Made by a program: the position numbers and the translations under genes
The notes under the pieces: generated by a model
Databases searched by the model: none
Seen by the model: only the letters and a program-made list of their open reading frames with translations
What the model was told of the DNA's origin: nothing
Source of the DNA: Octopus sinensis
Taxonomy: Eukaryota
Direction of reading: 5' to 3'
DNA: 64,000 bases
Assembly: GCF_006345805.1 (NCBI RefSeq)
Contig: NC_043026.1
Location: 14,053,579 to 14,117,578, forward strand
Shown here: positions 24,875 through 36,064 of the stretch, piece after piece
Layout: every line of letters begins with the position of its first letter
How positions within the stretch are numbered: position 1 is the stretch's first letter

Positions 24875-25090
24875 GGCAGTGAAATGGCAGACTCGTTAGC
24901 ATGATGGGCGAAATCCTTAGAAGTATTTTGTCTGTCTTTACATTCTGAGTTCAAATTCCACCGAGGTCAATCTTGCCTTTCATCCTTTCAGGGTCAATAA
25001 ATTAAGTACCAGTTGCGTATTAGGATCGATCTAATCGACTGGCCCCCACCTCCCCACAAATTTCAGGCCTTGTGCATAAGGTAGAAAGGA
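24875..25090 (+). mobile_element. SINE family D variant
   Basis: Head plus core TTGCCTTTCATCCTTTCAGGGTCAATAAATTAAGTACCAG. Confidence 0.75.
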
Positions 25091-25482
25091 TATTGTTGTC
25101 ATCATCACCATCATTCCTCCATATTGGCATGGATTGGATGGTTTGACTCGGGCTGGTAAGCTGGGGATTGCACCAGGTTCCACTCAGATTTGGCATGGTT
25201 TCTACAGCTAATTGCCCTTCCTAATGCCAACCACTCCAAGAGTGTAATGGGTGCTTTTACATGCCACAGGCACAGGTGCCAGTTATGTGACACCAATGCA
25301 ATGATCACACGCTACACACCTTCCTTCCAAGCACTGCTATAAACAGCAGAATTGTGCTAGAACGTTAAAACTTAGTGCACATGCACAGCAAAATTCAAGG
25401 TCAATCTGTGCCAAACAGCTTCACTCTGCATGCTTTAGTTTCGTTACTATGGCAACAGTCCAAATACTTATTGATCAGACCA

Positions 25483-25538
<56 letters not shown>

Positions 25539-25610
25539 GCCATGATAGATCGTTAGCCACTACACACATTTTTTTCTCTCCTTGTTTCTCTCCTTGTTTT
25601 TTCTGTGTCC

Positions 25611-25646
25611 CTTTCTGTAGAAGAGCGTAGGCTCGAAACGTAAAAG
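25611..25646 (+). ncRNA. Minimal type I hammerhead ribozyme-like motif with a core mutation, in an about 220-bp element (25516-25738)
   Basis: CTTT CTGTAGA A GAGC-GTAG-GCTC GAA ACGT A AAAG: stems I, II and the palindromic stem III all pair, but the core reads CUGUAGA instead of CUGANGA. Confidence 0.55.
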
Positions 25647-25734
25647 ACTTTTTTCTATTCCTGAGCGTTATACTAATACATCTGTTTGTTTTGTACACCA
25701 CCTGTCTTCATCTTTTGTTTTTTTCGTAAACTCT

Positions 25735-25783
<49 letters not shown>

Positions 25784-27019
25784 TATTTTTCTTATAAAAT
25801 ACTATTAATAATATCACATTTACTTTATATTGAGAGAAGATGAATGTACAATATGTTTTCCTCATGAACAGCATTCTTATCATATGTAAATATTTCACAA
25901 TTACACTATTCCTTGGCAAAAGCCTTTGGGAGTTGCTGAGTTAAGTTCTATTTCATACAGACAAAAAGATATTTGGTTAGACTATCTCATGTGTACCACA
26001 ATCTTGCTTGAAAATATATATATTTGAGAAATTTCTTTTTGTAAGGTGTTTTTTCTTTAAATTTGTAATTATAGTTATGATTCCACCACCATCATCATCA
26101 TCATCATCATTATCATCATTATCATCATTATTATGGATCACTATCATTCTATATCATCGACTCTCAGTAGATCAAATGCCATCATAGACTGCCATCTTGG
26201 TCTTTCTTATACAACCACAAGATCTTAAATTTGTCTGGCATTTTCACTAGCTGCTGTTGGGATGATTTCTCATCTTCATCCTTTCATTTCGTTTTTAACA
26301 CAACATGTTCATAAGAAATGTTATCTCAGGATGAATATCTAGGCAACTGGCCTAGCAATGGTGTATATACATTAAGTATGGTGCATAAATGGTTATATAT
26401 GTAATTCTTCATCTTCGTCTCCCTCTTTCTTATTCATTTAGCCTTCCATTAAATGTCTCTATAAACAATTTTTTTGTTTAAGATATTTTAGTTTTGAAGT
26501 GTATATTACTCATAAATTTCTATAATTTTAATTTAAGTTGATTGTCATATGGTCAGATGTTACAATATAATACAAAATGTAGGTTTTTATGATAACTATG
26601 TATATCAATCAAAAGTAAGAAAGATAAAGAATAAAAATGCATGCATTAAAAGAAAACCAGATAATGGAACAAAATAAAAAATTGCAATGTTATTACCAGT
26701 TTGAATGTGCCAGTGACACATTCCAACTTGTAAACAAGCCATTCACTCTGTTTTATCATAGAGAAATTTTTCACTGTAGACAAATGGTGTAAATACACCA
26801 AAATCAGCTCATAGTGCCACCTATCCAGACTGTGAGATGCTAGCATTTTGGGGTGGTTATCTCCTCTTCAGTCACAGAAGTGCTACCAGCTGATGTATGA
26901 CTGGAATAACATAAGAGATTGTCTCCCTTGTCAGCTTGCAGCACCACCATCCAGTTTACAAGTTTGTTTACAAGTTTGTTTACAAGTTTGAACTTGCCAT
27001 TGGTATATTCAAGTGAGGA

Positions 27020-27430
27020 TCAGAATCGAAATCGATCAATGGAAATCGATCAATCGATCAATGGAAATTGCAGATGTGTTACCAGTGCCGGTGGCATGTA
27101 AGAGAACTTTCCGTTTCGCGACCGTTGCCAGCACCGCCCCGTTTCGTGTCCGTTGCCAGCCTCGCCTGGCCCTCGTGCCGGTGGCACATAAAAAGCACCA
27201 TCCGTTCGTGGCCGTTTGCCAGCTCTGTCTGGCACCAGTGCGGGTGGCACGTAAAAAGCACCCACTACACTCACGGAGTGGTTGGCGTTAGGAAGGGCAT
27301 CCAGCCGTAGAAACACTGCCAGATTTGACTGGGCCTGATGAAGCCTTCTGGCTTCACAGACCCCAGTAGAACCGTCCAACCCATGCTAGCATGGAAAACG
27401 GACGCTAAACGATGATGATGATGATGATGA
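27020..27430 (+). mobile_element. Family E element
   Basis: Repeats, 3' block and (GAT)n tail. Confidence 0.8.
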
Positions 27431-27513
27431 TATATATATATATGAATTATCTATCTGTAAATATAGACACAGACACACAACAACAACAATAACAAGCACA
27501 AGGACCAACTTAC

Positions 27514-27628
27514 AGAGTCACAGTTGGCACACTCCACTCGCTCCTCCTCAGATGAAGACTCCACAAGGAACTTCAGAAGGACATCAGAAGGGGGCAGGAT
27601 ATGACCTTCTTTCAGGATCGTTGTCGAA
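27514..27628 (-). CDS. RNF207: RNF207 coding exon 2
   Basis: CTATTTACAG|TTCGAC...GACTCT|GTAAGT; STTILKEGHILPPSDVLLKFLVESSSEEERVECANCDS; 115 nt, phase 2 to 0. Confidence 0.93.
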
Positions 27629-27749
27629 CTGTAAATAGAGATGTAAACAAAGCTGCATCAGTCAGCAGATCAGTCGATTAAGGCCTCTTTGAACCAATGG
27701 CTGCACAGGGGTAACAGTGGAGAAAGTCATCAATTTATTCCTAATAAAC

Positions 27750-28780
27750 ATCAAAATCAAAATCGAAATCGATCAACATCAATGGAAATTGTAGCTGTGA
27801 TACCAGTGCCGGTGGCACGTAAGAGAACCGTCCGAATGTGGCCGTTGCCAGCGCTGCCCCGACTGGCCTCTGTGCCGGTGACACGTAAAAATCACCATCC
27901 GATCGTGGCCATTGCCAGCCTCGCCTGGCACCTGTGCCGGTGGCATGTAAAAAGCACCATCCGATTGTGGCCGTTTGCCAGCCCCGACTGGCCTCTGTGC
28001 CGGTGACACGTAAAAATCACCATCCGATTGTGGCCGTTGCCAGCCTCGCCTGGCACCTGTGCCGGTGGCATGTAAAAAGCACCATCCGATTGTGGGTGTT
28101 TGCCAGCCTCGCCTGGCACGTAAAAAGCACCATGCGATCGTGGCCATTGCCAGCCTCGCCTGGCACCTGTGCCGGTGGCACGTAAAAAGCACCATCCGAT
28201 CATGGCCGTTTGCCAGCCTCACCTGGCACGTAAAAAGCACCATCCGATCGTGGCCATTGCCAGCCTCGCCTGGCACCTGTGCCGGTGGCACATAAAAAGC
28301 ACCATCCGATCGTGGTCGTTTGCCAGCGTCGCCTGGCACCTGTGCCGGTGGCACATAAAAAAGCACCAATCGATCGTGGCCATTGCCAGCCTCGCCTGGC
28401 ACCTGTGCCGGTGGTATGTAAAAAGCACCATCCCATCTTGGCCGTTTGCCAGCCTCGCCTGGTCTCTGTGCCGGTGGCATGTAAAAAGCACCATCCGATC
28501 GTGGCCATTTGCCAGCCTCACCTGGCCTCCGTGCCAGTGGCACATAAAAAGCACCATCCGATCGTGGCTGTTTGCCAGCCCCGTCTGGTACCTGTGCCGG
28601 TGGCACGTAAAAAGCACATACTAAACTTACGGAGCGATTGGCGTTAGGAAGGGCATCCAGCCGTAGAAACATTGCCAGATCAGACTGGGCCTGGTGCAAC
28701 TTTCTGGCTTCCCAGACCCCAGTTGAACCGTCCAACCCATGCTGGCATGGAAAGCGGGCGCTAAACGATGATGAAGATGA
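27750..28780 (+). mobile_element. Family E element with roughly a dozen minisatellite units
   Basis: Expanded array of about 45-63-bp units between the conserved 5' and 3' blocks. Confidence 0.85.
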
Positions 28781-28799
28781 AACATATGCAAACTCATGC

Positions 28800-29790
28800 A
28801 CAGGGTGGTAACAAAAAGTGCCCTGGACTAGCAGGGACCTTCATGAGGCACTGTGCCAAGTGACAACGCTGAGTTTACTTTGTGCTCTTGTGGTTGCATG
28901 TAAATGCTGTTGTCTGTGATTTTGTCATGGCCAGGAACAAAGAGCCAACGTGCAATTTTGCATTAAACTTTGGGAAGTCTGCTACGGGGACACGGAGCGT
29001 GTTTCGGCAAACTTACAGCGATGAGGCAATGGGTCGTACGCAATGTCTACAGTGGCACAGGTGCATCAAAAGTGGGAGAACGTCCCTGGAAGACGATGAG
29101 CAATCTGGAAGACCTGTGATGAGTGTCAGCCTTGGAAATGAGGTAATTGTGCATTGAGAATCTGTCCCCCAGGGCCAGACCATGAGTTGAGAGTTTGACT
29201 GCAATGTTTTAAAGTATTCGAGGAGGACATTCAACCAAAGCAACTGAATCTGTGGAGCACAAAGAAAAGGATTGCAGATGTGCATGGAGCTGTGAGGGGA
29301 AATTGTCGAATCACCATCCGTGAGTTATCAGAGGATGTGCAGATTGGACTGGAAGCACTCCGTCGGTTACGACAACGAGGGTTCCGGTTGATCCGATCAA
29401 TGGAACAGCCTGCTCGTGAAATTAACGTGTAAGTGGCTGAGCACTCCACAGACACGTGTACCCTTAACGTAGTTCTCGGGGATATTCAGCGTGACACAGA
29501 GAGTGACAAGGCCGGCCCTTTGAAATACAGGTACAACAGAAACAGGAAGTAAGAGTGAGAGAAAGTTGTGGTGAAAGAGTACAGCAGGGATCACCACCAC
29601 CCCCTGCCGGAGCCTCGTGGAGCTTTAGGTGTTTACGCTCAATAAACACTCACAACGCCCGGTCTGGGAATCAAAACCGCGATCCTACGACTGCGAGTCC
29701 GCTGCCCTAACCACTGGGCCATTGCGCCTCCATTTGCAGATTAGTTACGGTTCTGTTCAGTCCATTATTACTGAAGATTTGGGTATGAGA
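28800..29790 (+). mobile_element. Decayed Tc1/mariner transposase fragment, interrupted by SINE B
   Basis: Frameshifted EQRANVQFCIKLGKSA...FRQTYSDEAMGRTQCLQWHRCIKSGRTSLEDDEQSGRP (HTH region), then RITIRELSEDVQI|SYGSVQSIITEDLGMR across the SINE. Confidence 0.8.
29350..29732 (-). mobile_element. SINE family B, complete, with 8-bp TSD
   Basis: Flanked by TGCAGATT at 29338-29345 and 29735-29742. Confidence 0.9.
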
Positions 29791-30062
29791 TACCTATGTC
29801 TGTCCTTGTTTGTCCCCACTATGTTTAGCCCCTTGTGGGTAGTAAAGAAATGGGTATCATCTTTATCATAGAACCAGCCGACAGCTGTACTCATCCCAGA
29901 TGCGACAACACATGTTCTACGTAACTTATTACAGATTAGAAGTATTGACGAGAAAGTAACCACTTTGAAATGTATGCATTGGAGATGGGAGAGTCATGGA
30001 TGGAATACATTTAGTCAGTTAAGGTTGAATGAGAATAAAACAACAAAAACAAAGATACTTAC

Positions 30063-30253
30063 CTGCATAAAGGACACTTCATTTTGCCAGCCACAGCCCG
30101 GCCGCGGAGACAACGAGCACAGAAACTGTGAAAGCAGGCAAAAATGCAGGGATCATCGTACTGCTCATGGCAGAGCACACATAGCAAAGGGTTGCGTTGA
30201 GTGAAATTGGAATCACAAGACGTTTCCATTTGTTTTAAGATGTCGCCGGACAT
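30063..30253 (-). CDS. RNF207: RNF207 first coding exon (RING finger); exon spans 30063-30324
   Basis: MSGDILKQ...NPLLCVLCHEQYDDPCIFACFHSFCARCLRGRAVAGKMKCPLC, recognisably similar to the vertebrate RNF207 N-terminus. Donor TGCAG|GTAAGT; upstream acceptor TTTCTTTCTCCAG at 30325. Confidence 0.95.
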
Positions 30254-30315
30254 TATGAGGTGACAAACAGCCAGAATTTAATTGAACTGAGCGGGGTTTG
30301 GTCAGTGACAGCCAT
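30253..30315 (-). promoter_or_regulatory. Upstream ORF (20 aa, MAVTDQTPLSSIKFWLFVTS) whose TAA overlaps the RNF207 ATG
   Basis: ATGGCT...ACCTCA TAATG TCC read directly on the minus strand inside the same exon. Confidence 0.6.
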
Positions 30316-30386
30316 GCAGCAGAGCTGGAGAAAGAAAGTCAATTGTTAATTTGTTAATCAACCGTAGTTAATTAATTTATAATTAA

Positions 30387-31458
30387 CTAGCAGTATCGCC
30401 CGGCGTTGCTCGGGTTTGTAAGGAAAATAACTATATAAGCATTTTTAGAGAGTTATAGCCAAAAAATAGCAAGAAAATGCATAAAAAGGGAAAAAAAATG
30501 ATGGTAAATTTTTTTTTAAATCATTGATTCATCGTAGACATTTTTAGAGAGTTACTTCCCTTATATAATAGCGAAAAAATGCATTGAAAGGGAAAAAAAT
30601 GATGGTAAATTTTTTTTTAAATCATTGATTCATCGTAGACATTTTTAGAGAGTTACTTCCCTTATATAATAGCGAAAAAATGCATTAAAAGGGAAAAAAA
30701 TGATGGTAAATTTTTTTTTAAATCATTGATTCATCGTAGACATTTTTAGAGAGTTACTTCCCTTATATAATAGCGAAAAAATGCATTGAAAGGGAAAAAA
30801 ATGATGGTAAATATTTTTTTAAATCGTTGACATTTTTAGAGAGTTACTTCCCTTATATAATAGCGAAAAAAATGCATTAAAATGGAAAAAAATGATGGTA
30901 AATTTTTTTTTAAATCGTTGACTCATCATAGACATTTTTAGAGAGTTACTTCCCTTATATAATAGCGAAAAAATGCATTAAAAGGGAAAAAAATGATGGT
31001 AAATTTTTTTTTAAATCATTGATTCATCGTAGACATTTTTAGAGAGTTACTTCCCTTATATAATAGCGAAAAAATGCATTGAAAGGGAAAAAAATGATGG
31101 TAAATTTTTTTTTAAATCGTTGACATTTTTAGAGAGTTACTTCCCTTATATAATAGCGAAAAAAATGCATTAAAATGGAAAAAAATGATGGTAAATTTTT
31201 TTTTAAATCGTTGACTCATCATAGACATTTTTAGAGAGTTACTTCCCTTATATAATAGCGAAAAAATGCATTAAAATGGAAAAAAACGATGGTAAATTTT
31301 TTTTTAAATCGTAGACTCATCGTAGATGCGCGCTAATACCCAGAAGGGCTCGATATGAATCACGACTATAAGATACCCGCTTTTGGTTAAACTGCACCAC
31401 AAAATGTGGGAGTAGTTAGGAATCTAAATCGAAGGGGACAGACACTCACACAACTACA

Positions 31459-31489
<31 letters not shown>

Positions 31490-31490
31490 T
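30387..31490 (-). mobile_element. Non-autonomous Helitron with nine internal about 100-bp tandem units
   Basis: Minus-strand 3' end CCCGAGCAACGCCGGG hairpin, then 7 nt, then CTAG|T. Units at 30440, 30539, 30640, 30741, 30831, 30933, 31034, 31124 and 31226. Confidence 0.85.
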
Positions 31491-31589
31491 ACTAAGATGA
31501 TCCGGTTCCCGACTGAAGATTAGAGGCTTCGAGTGACCCCGTCTGTTTTTTTGTGTCGTCTCCTTGTGTGTTTTTGCGTTCTTGTCCCA

Positions 31590-32150
<561 letters not shown>

Positions 32151-32322
32151 ATATTAGGGAATAAATCCAAATTTACAGGGAAAAAAATCAGATTTAGGAT
32201 TAAATCCAATTTTATAGTAAAATATTATAAAATATTATTAGAGACAAAACCACTATTTTGCAAAACAAACAAGGAAAGACTTAATCAATACATAAAATTT
32301 TAATAAATAGTCAAAAAAACCG

Positions 32323-32365
32323 CCACTACAATCGTTTCTTGTCTTGATCGACAATCTTCAGGTGG
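32323..32365 (-). ncRNA. Minimal type I hammerhead ribozyme (left arm)
   Basis: Exact reverse complement of the motif at 32402-32444. Confidence 0.8.
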
Positions 32366-32401
32366 ACTTCCAATAATTCAGTGTCAAATAATTTGACAAG
32401 T

Positions 32402-32444
32402 CCACCTGAAGATTGTCGATCAAGACAAGAAACGATTGTAGTGG
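32402..32444 (+). ncRNA. Minimal type I hammerhead ribozyme (right arm)
   Basis: CCAC CUGAAGA UUGUC-GAUCAA-GACAA GAA AC-GAUU-GU A GUGG: intact core, 5-bp stem II, self-complementary stem III, GUA cleavage triplet (cut after 32440), 4-bp stem I. Confidence 0.8.
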
Positions 32445-32530
32445 CGGTTTTTTTGACTATTTATTAAAATTTATGTATTGATTAAGTCTTTCCTTGTTTG
32501 TTTTGCAAAATAGTGGTTTTGTCTCGAATA

Positions 32531-32571
<41 letters not shown>

Positions 32572-33001
32572 TTGTACTTGTTTCAGTCATTTGACTGCGG
32601 CCATGCTGGAGCACCGCCTTTAGAGTGGTGAAAGAGTACAGCAGGGATCACCACCATCCCCTGCCGGAGCCTCGTGGAGCTTTTAGGTGTTTTCGCTCAA
32701 TAAACACACACAACGCCCGGTCTGGGAATCGAAACCGCGATCCTCCGACCGCAAGTCCGCTGCCCTAACCACTGGGCCATTGCGCCTCCTATATATATAT
32801 ATATATATAAATAAATTGAGATAGGGGTTGTAAGTGCAACCCTCCATGGGATAACATATATCCAATATACTGCTAGTGAAGCACCCAACAAAGTTAATAC
32901 ATAAATGTTAAGAATTGCGATGCAATTAATTCATTTACTGTTTAGCTGATCCTTGATCAAGATGTGTTTCTCACTTTTCTTATTTTGTATATATATATAT
33001 A

Positions 33002-33506
33002 CTAGCAGTATCGCCCGGGTTTGTAAGGGAAATAACTATATAAGCATTTTTAGAGAGTTACTTCCCTTATAGATGCCAATTCGGGCTTTCTTAGCCATTT
33101 CTGTTTTGGTGTCTTCAAGCCATGAAGTCGTTGTTCTAAAAGAACGCTGGTCTCCTTGACAACGCTTTACGACGTTGATTTCCTTACACTCCCTTCCCCA
33201 CAGCTTCACGACGGAGGGAAGAAGGGGGAGAAGCAAACAGGTGCAGGTGTGACCATAGACGCCAACTCCGCCGCCATCGACACACGAAAAAATATGCATT
33301 AAAATGGAATAAAAAATGATGTTAAATTATTTTTAAAATCGTAGACTCATCGTAGACGCGCGCTAATACTCAGACGGGCTCGATATGAATCACGACTATA
33401 AGATACCCGAATTTGGTTAAACTGCACCGCAAAATGTGGGAGTAGTTAGGAATCTAAATCGAAGGGGACAGACACTCACACAACTACAGTTTTAGATATA
33501 TAGAGA
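33002..33506 (-). mobile_element. Non-autonomous Helitron, both termini visible
   Basis: Minus strand A|TC...CTAG|T; ends shared with 30387-31490, internal segment different. Confidence 0.85.
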
Positions 33507-33790
33507 TATGAGTGTGTGTTTGTGCCCCTACCATCGCTTGACAATCGATGTTGGTGTGTTTACGTCCCAGTAATTTAGCGGTTCGGCCGATAGAATAAGT
33601 ACTAGGCTGACAAAGAATAAGACTTGGGGTCGATTTTGTTCGTCTAAAGGTGGTACTCCAGCATGGCCGCTGTCAAATGACTGAAACGAGTGAAAGAATG
33701 AAAGTATGTAGGTATGTATGTGTGTGTGTGTGTATGTGTGTGTGTCCGTATGTTATGTGTGTGTGAGTGTGTGTGTGTGTGTGTGTGTGT

Positions 33791-33840
33791 ATAAGTGGAG
33801 TTCGGATAGAAGTACGTACTAAAGCCCCTCACAGCTTATA

Positions 33841-33876
<36 letters not shown>

Positions 33877-33898
33877 TGTATGTGTGTGTATGTATGTA

Positions 33899-33936
<38 letters not shown>

Positions 33937-33989
33937 TGTGTGTATAAGTGGAGTTCGGATAGAAGTACGTACTAAAGCCCCTCACAGCT

Positions 33990-34041
<52 letters not shown>

Positions 34042-34092
34042 TGATGTATGTGTGTATGTGTGTGTATGTATGTATGTATGTATGTGTATGTA

Positions 34093-34146
<54 letters not shown>

Positions 34147-34199
34147 TGTGTGTGTATAAGTGGAGTTCGGATAGAAGTACGTACTAAAGCCCCTCACAG

Positions 34200-34258
<59 letters not shown>

Positions 34259-34320
34259 GTGTATGTGTATGTATGTATGTGTGTGTGTGTATGTATGTGT
34301 ATGTATGTGTGTGTGTGTGT
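33791..34320. repeat. Three tandem copies of a 47-bp unique core plus compound (TA)(TATG)(TG)(GA) microsatellite
   Basis: ATAAGTGGAGTTCGGATAGAAGTACGTACTAAAGCCCCTCACAGCTT at 33791, 33944 and 34156. Confidence 0.9.
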
Positions 34321-34514
34321 GCGTGTTTGTGTCCAAATTGAAGGAATGGAGCAGGTAAAATCCAAGCTATATAGTTTCTTAGCAGATCATCGTAATAATT
34401 ACTCTAAAGAGGGGAACTCCATTGGCTACGCATCAGGCCGAGTATACCTCAGCGTAATGAAGGTTACATTGAGATCCCAAGTTAACTCGACTGAGACCAT
34501 ACTTAAAACATTCG

Positions 34515-34953
34515 GGCGATCTTTCGTCTCTAGTAGACCTTTCCGTCGATTTCCGTAAAAAAATTTTTTTTTTTTTTTTTTACATATGGGCTTGCGGGAA
34601 CTTTTGAAGTAATATACATACATATATACACATACACCGAGTAAAAAATTTCAGTTATCTCTCTCTTTCACACATTACTCTCTCTGTCTCTTCACACACA
34701 CTAACAGAAGCACTTACACTTACACAACCCCCTGTCTGTCTCCCACACCCCATCAAACACACACACACACACATGTACATCAATGCTTCCCATGCACGGT
34801 AACTTCAAAAGAACTTCCCTCGTCATACAATCGCTTTCTCTTAGTCTCTTTCGCTCTCATTACTTCAAAAGTTCCCGCAAGCCCATATGTAAAACAAAAA
34901 AAAAATCTTTTACGGAAATCGACGGAAAGGTCTACTAGAGACGAAAGATTGCC
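34515..34953. mobile_element. MITE with about 95-99-bp TIRs and 8-bp TSD (Merlin-like termini)
   Basis: TIRs 34515-34613 and 34859-34953; TSD AACATTCG at 34507-34514 and 34954-34961; ends GGCGA...TTGCC. Confidence 0.85.
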
Positions 34954-35134
34954 AACATTCGGACTTCTTCGCCACTCTTCTACGGAATGCTCAGAGTTTA
35001 CGATTCCATCTCATCATATACACACACCTATGTACACATACGAATGTATATATGTGTGTGTTTGATCGCTAGGAGGCCAAGGGTAAGGTTAGGCAAATAC
35101 CTTAATAACAACAAGAAAAAGAAATGTAACGAAC

Positions 35135-35400
35135 CTAGTCTGCAGTAAACCCGTTTTTGTGATAAGAAGCCACGGATGGATTGTCATTGAAGAGACAGCG
35201 AGCGAGTGAGTGTGAGTGGGAGTGTAGCAGTTGTGGGAGTGTGGAAGTTGTGGGAATGAGAGAGGGAGAGAGAAAGCAAAAGCGAGAGAGAGATGACGAC
35301 CGATGGTTTGTATTATAGAGGGAGTAAGAGTGAGTGTAAGTGTGAGGAGAGTGAGAATATATGTTTACTGCAGTTTAGTGTTTTTATGTAGCAGCGACCG
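35135..35400 (-). other. Candidate non-coding first exon or promoter region of RNF207
   Basis: Non-repeat, CpG-enriched, pyrimidine-rich minus-strand segment ending CTAG|GTTCGT. The first coding exon has an upstream acceptor, so a further 5' exon must exist. Placement here is inference only. Confidence 0.25.
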
Positions 35401-35505
35401 ACCACTGTGATACGCGATCGCCAGTTGAATGACGCACAAAGTCGTCTGAGAACCGTATGACAGTTGAATTAACTGATAAAAGGAATTTGAAATTAGAGAG
35501 TGGTA

Positions 35506-35908
35506 GGCGCAGGAGTGGCTGTGTGGTAAGTAGCTTGCTTACCAACCACATGGTTCGGGGTTCAGTCCCACTGCGTGGCACCTTGGGCAAATGTCTTCTA
35601 CTATAGCCTCGGGCCGACCAAAGCCTTGTGAGTGGATTTGGTAGACGGAAACTGAAAGAAGCCCGTCGTATATATGTATATATATATATGTATGTGTGTG
35701 TGTTTGTGTGTCTGTGTTTGTCCCCCCTAGCATTGCTTGACAACCGATGCTGCTGTGTTTATGTCCCCGTCACTTAGCGGTTCGGCAAAAGAGACCGATA
35801 GAATAAGTACTGGGCTTACAAAGAATAAGTCCCGGGGTCGATTTGCTCGACTAAAGGCGGTGCTCCAGCATGGCCGCAGTCAAATGACTGAAACAAGTAA
35901 AAGAGAGA
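35506..35908 (+). mobile_element. SINE family A, complete (reference copy)
   Basis: GGCGCAGGAGTGGCTGTGTGGTAAGTAGCTTGCTTACC...ACAAGTAAAAGAG. Confidence 0.92.
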
Positions 35909-36064
35909 AAGAGTAAAGAGTAAGTTGAAGGCGAGAGATTTGCAATCGCTCCGTAAGGATTCTGCCTACGAAGTGGTCATTTGGATCTTTTCACTTTGAC
36001 CGGCAGATTTTTAAAATAATTTCTTTGTAACCAAATACTTTTAAACTTCGTATACTGGTAACAT

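Noticed and set aside
26780-26920. Possible extra RNF207 exon (AG acceptor near 26905)
   Set aside because: Stops in the tested frames, and exons 2 and 3 already join in phase with continuous homology.
34235-35030. Frame that stays open if the MITE is excised
   Set aside because: Starts in microsatellite, no recognisable domain, no clear splice sites.
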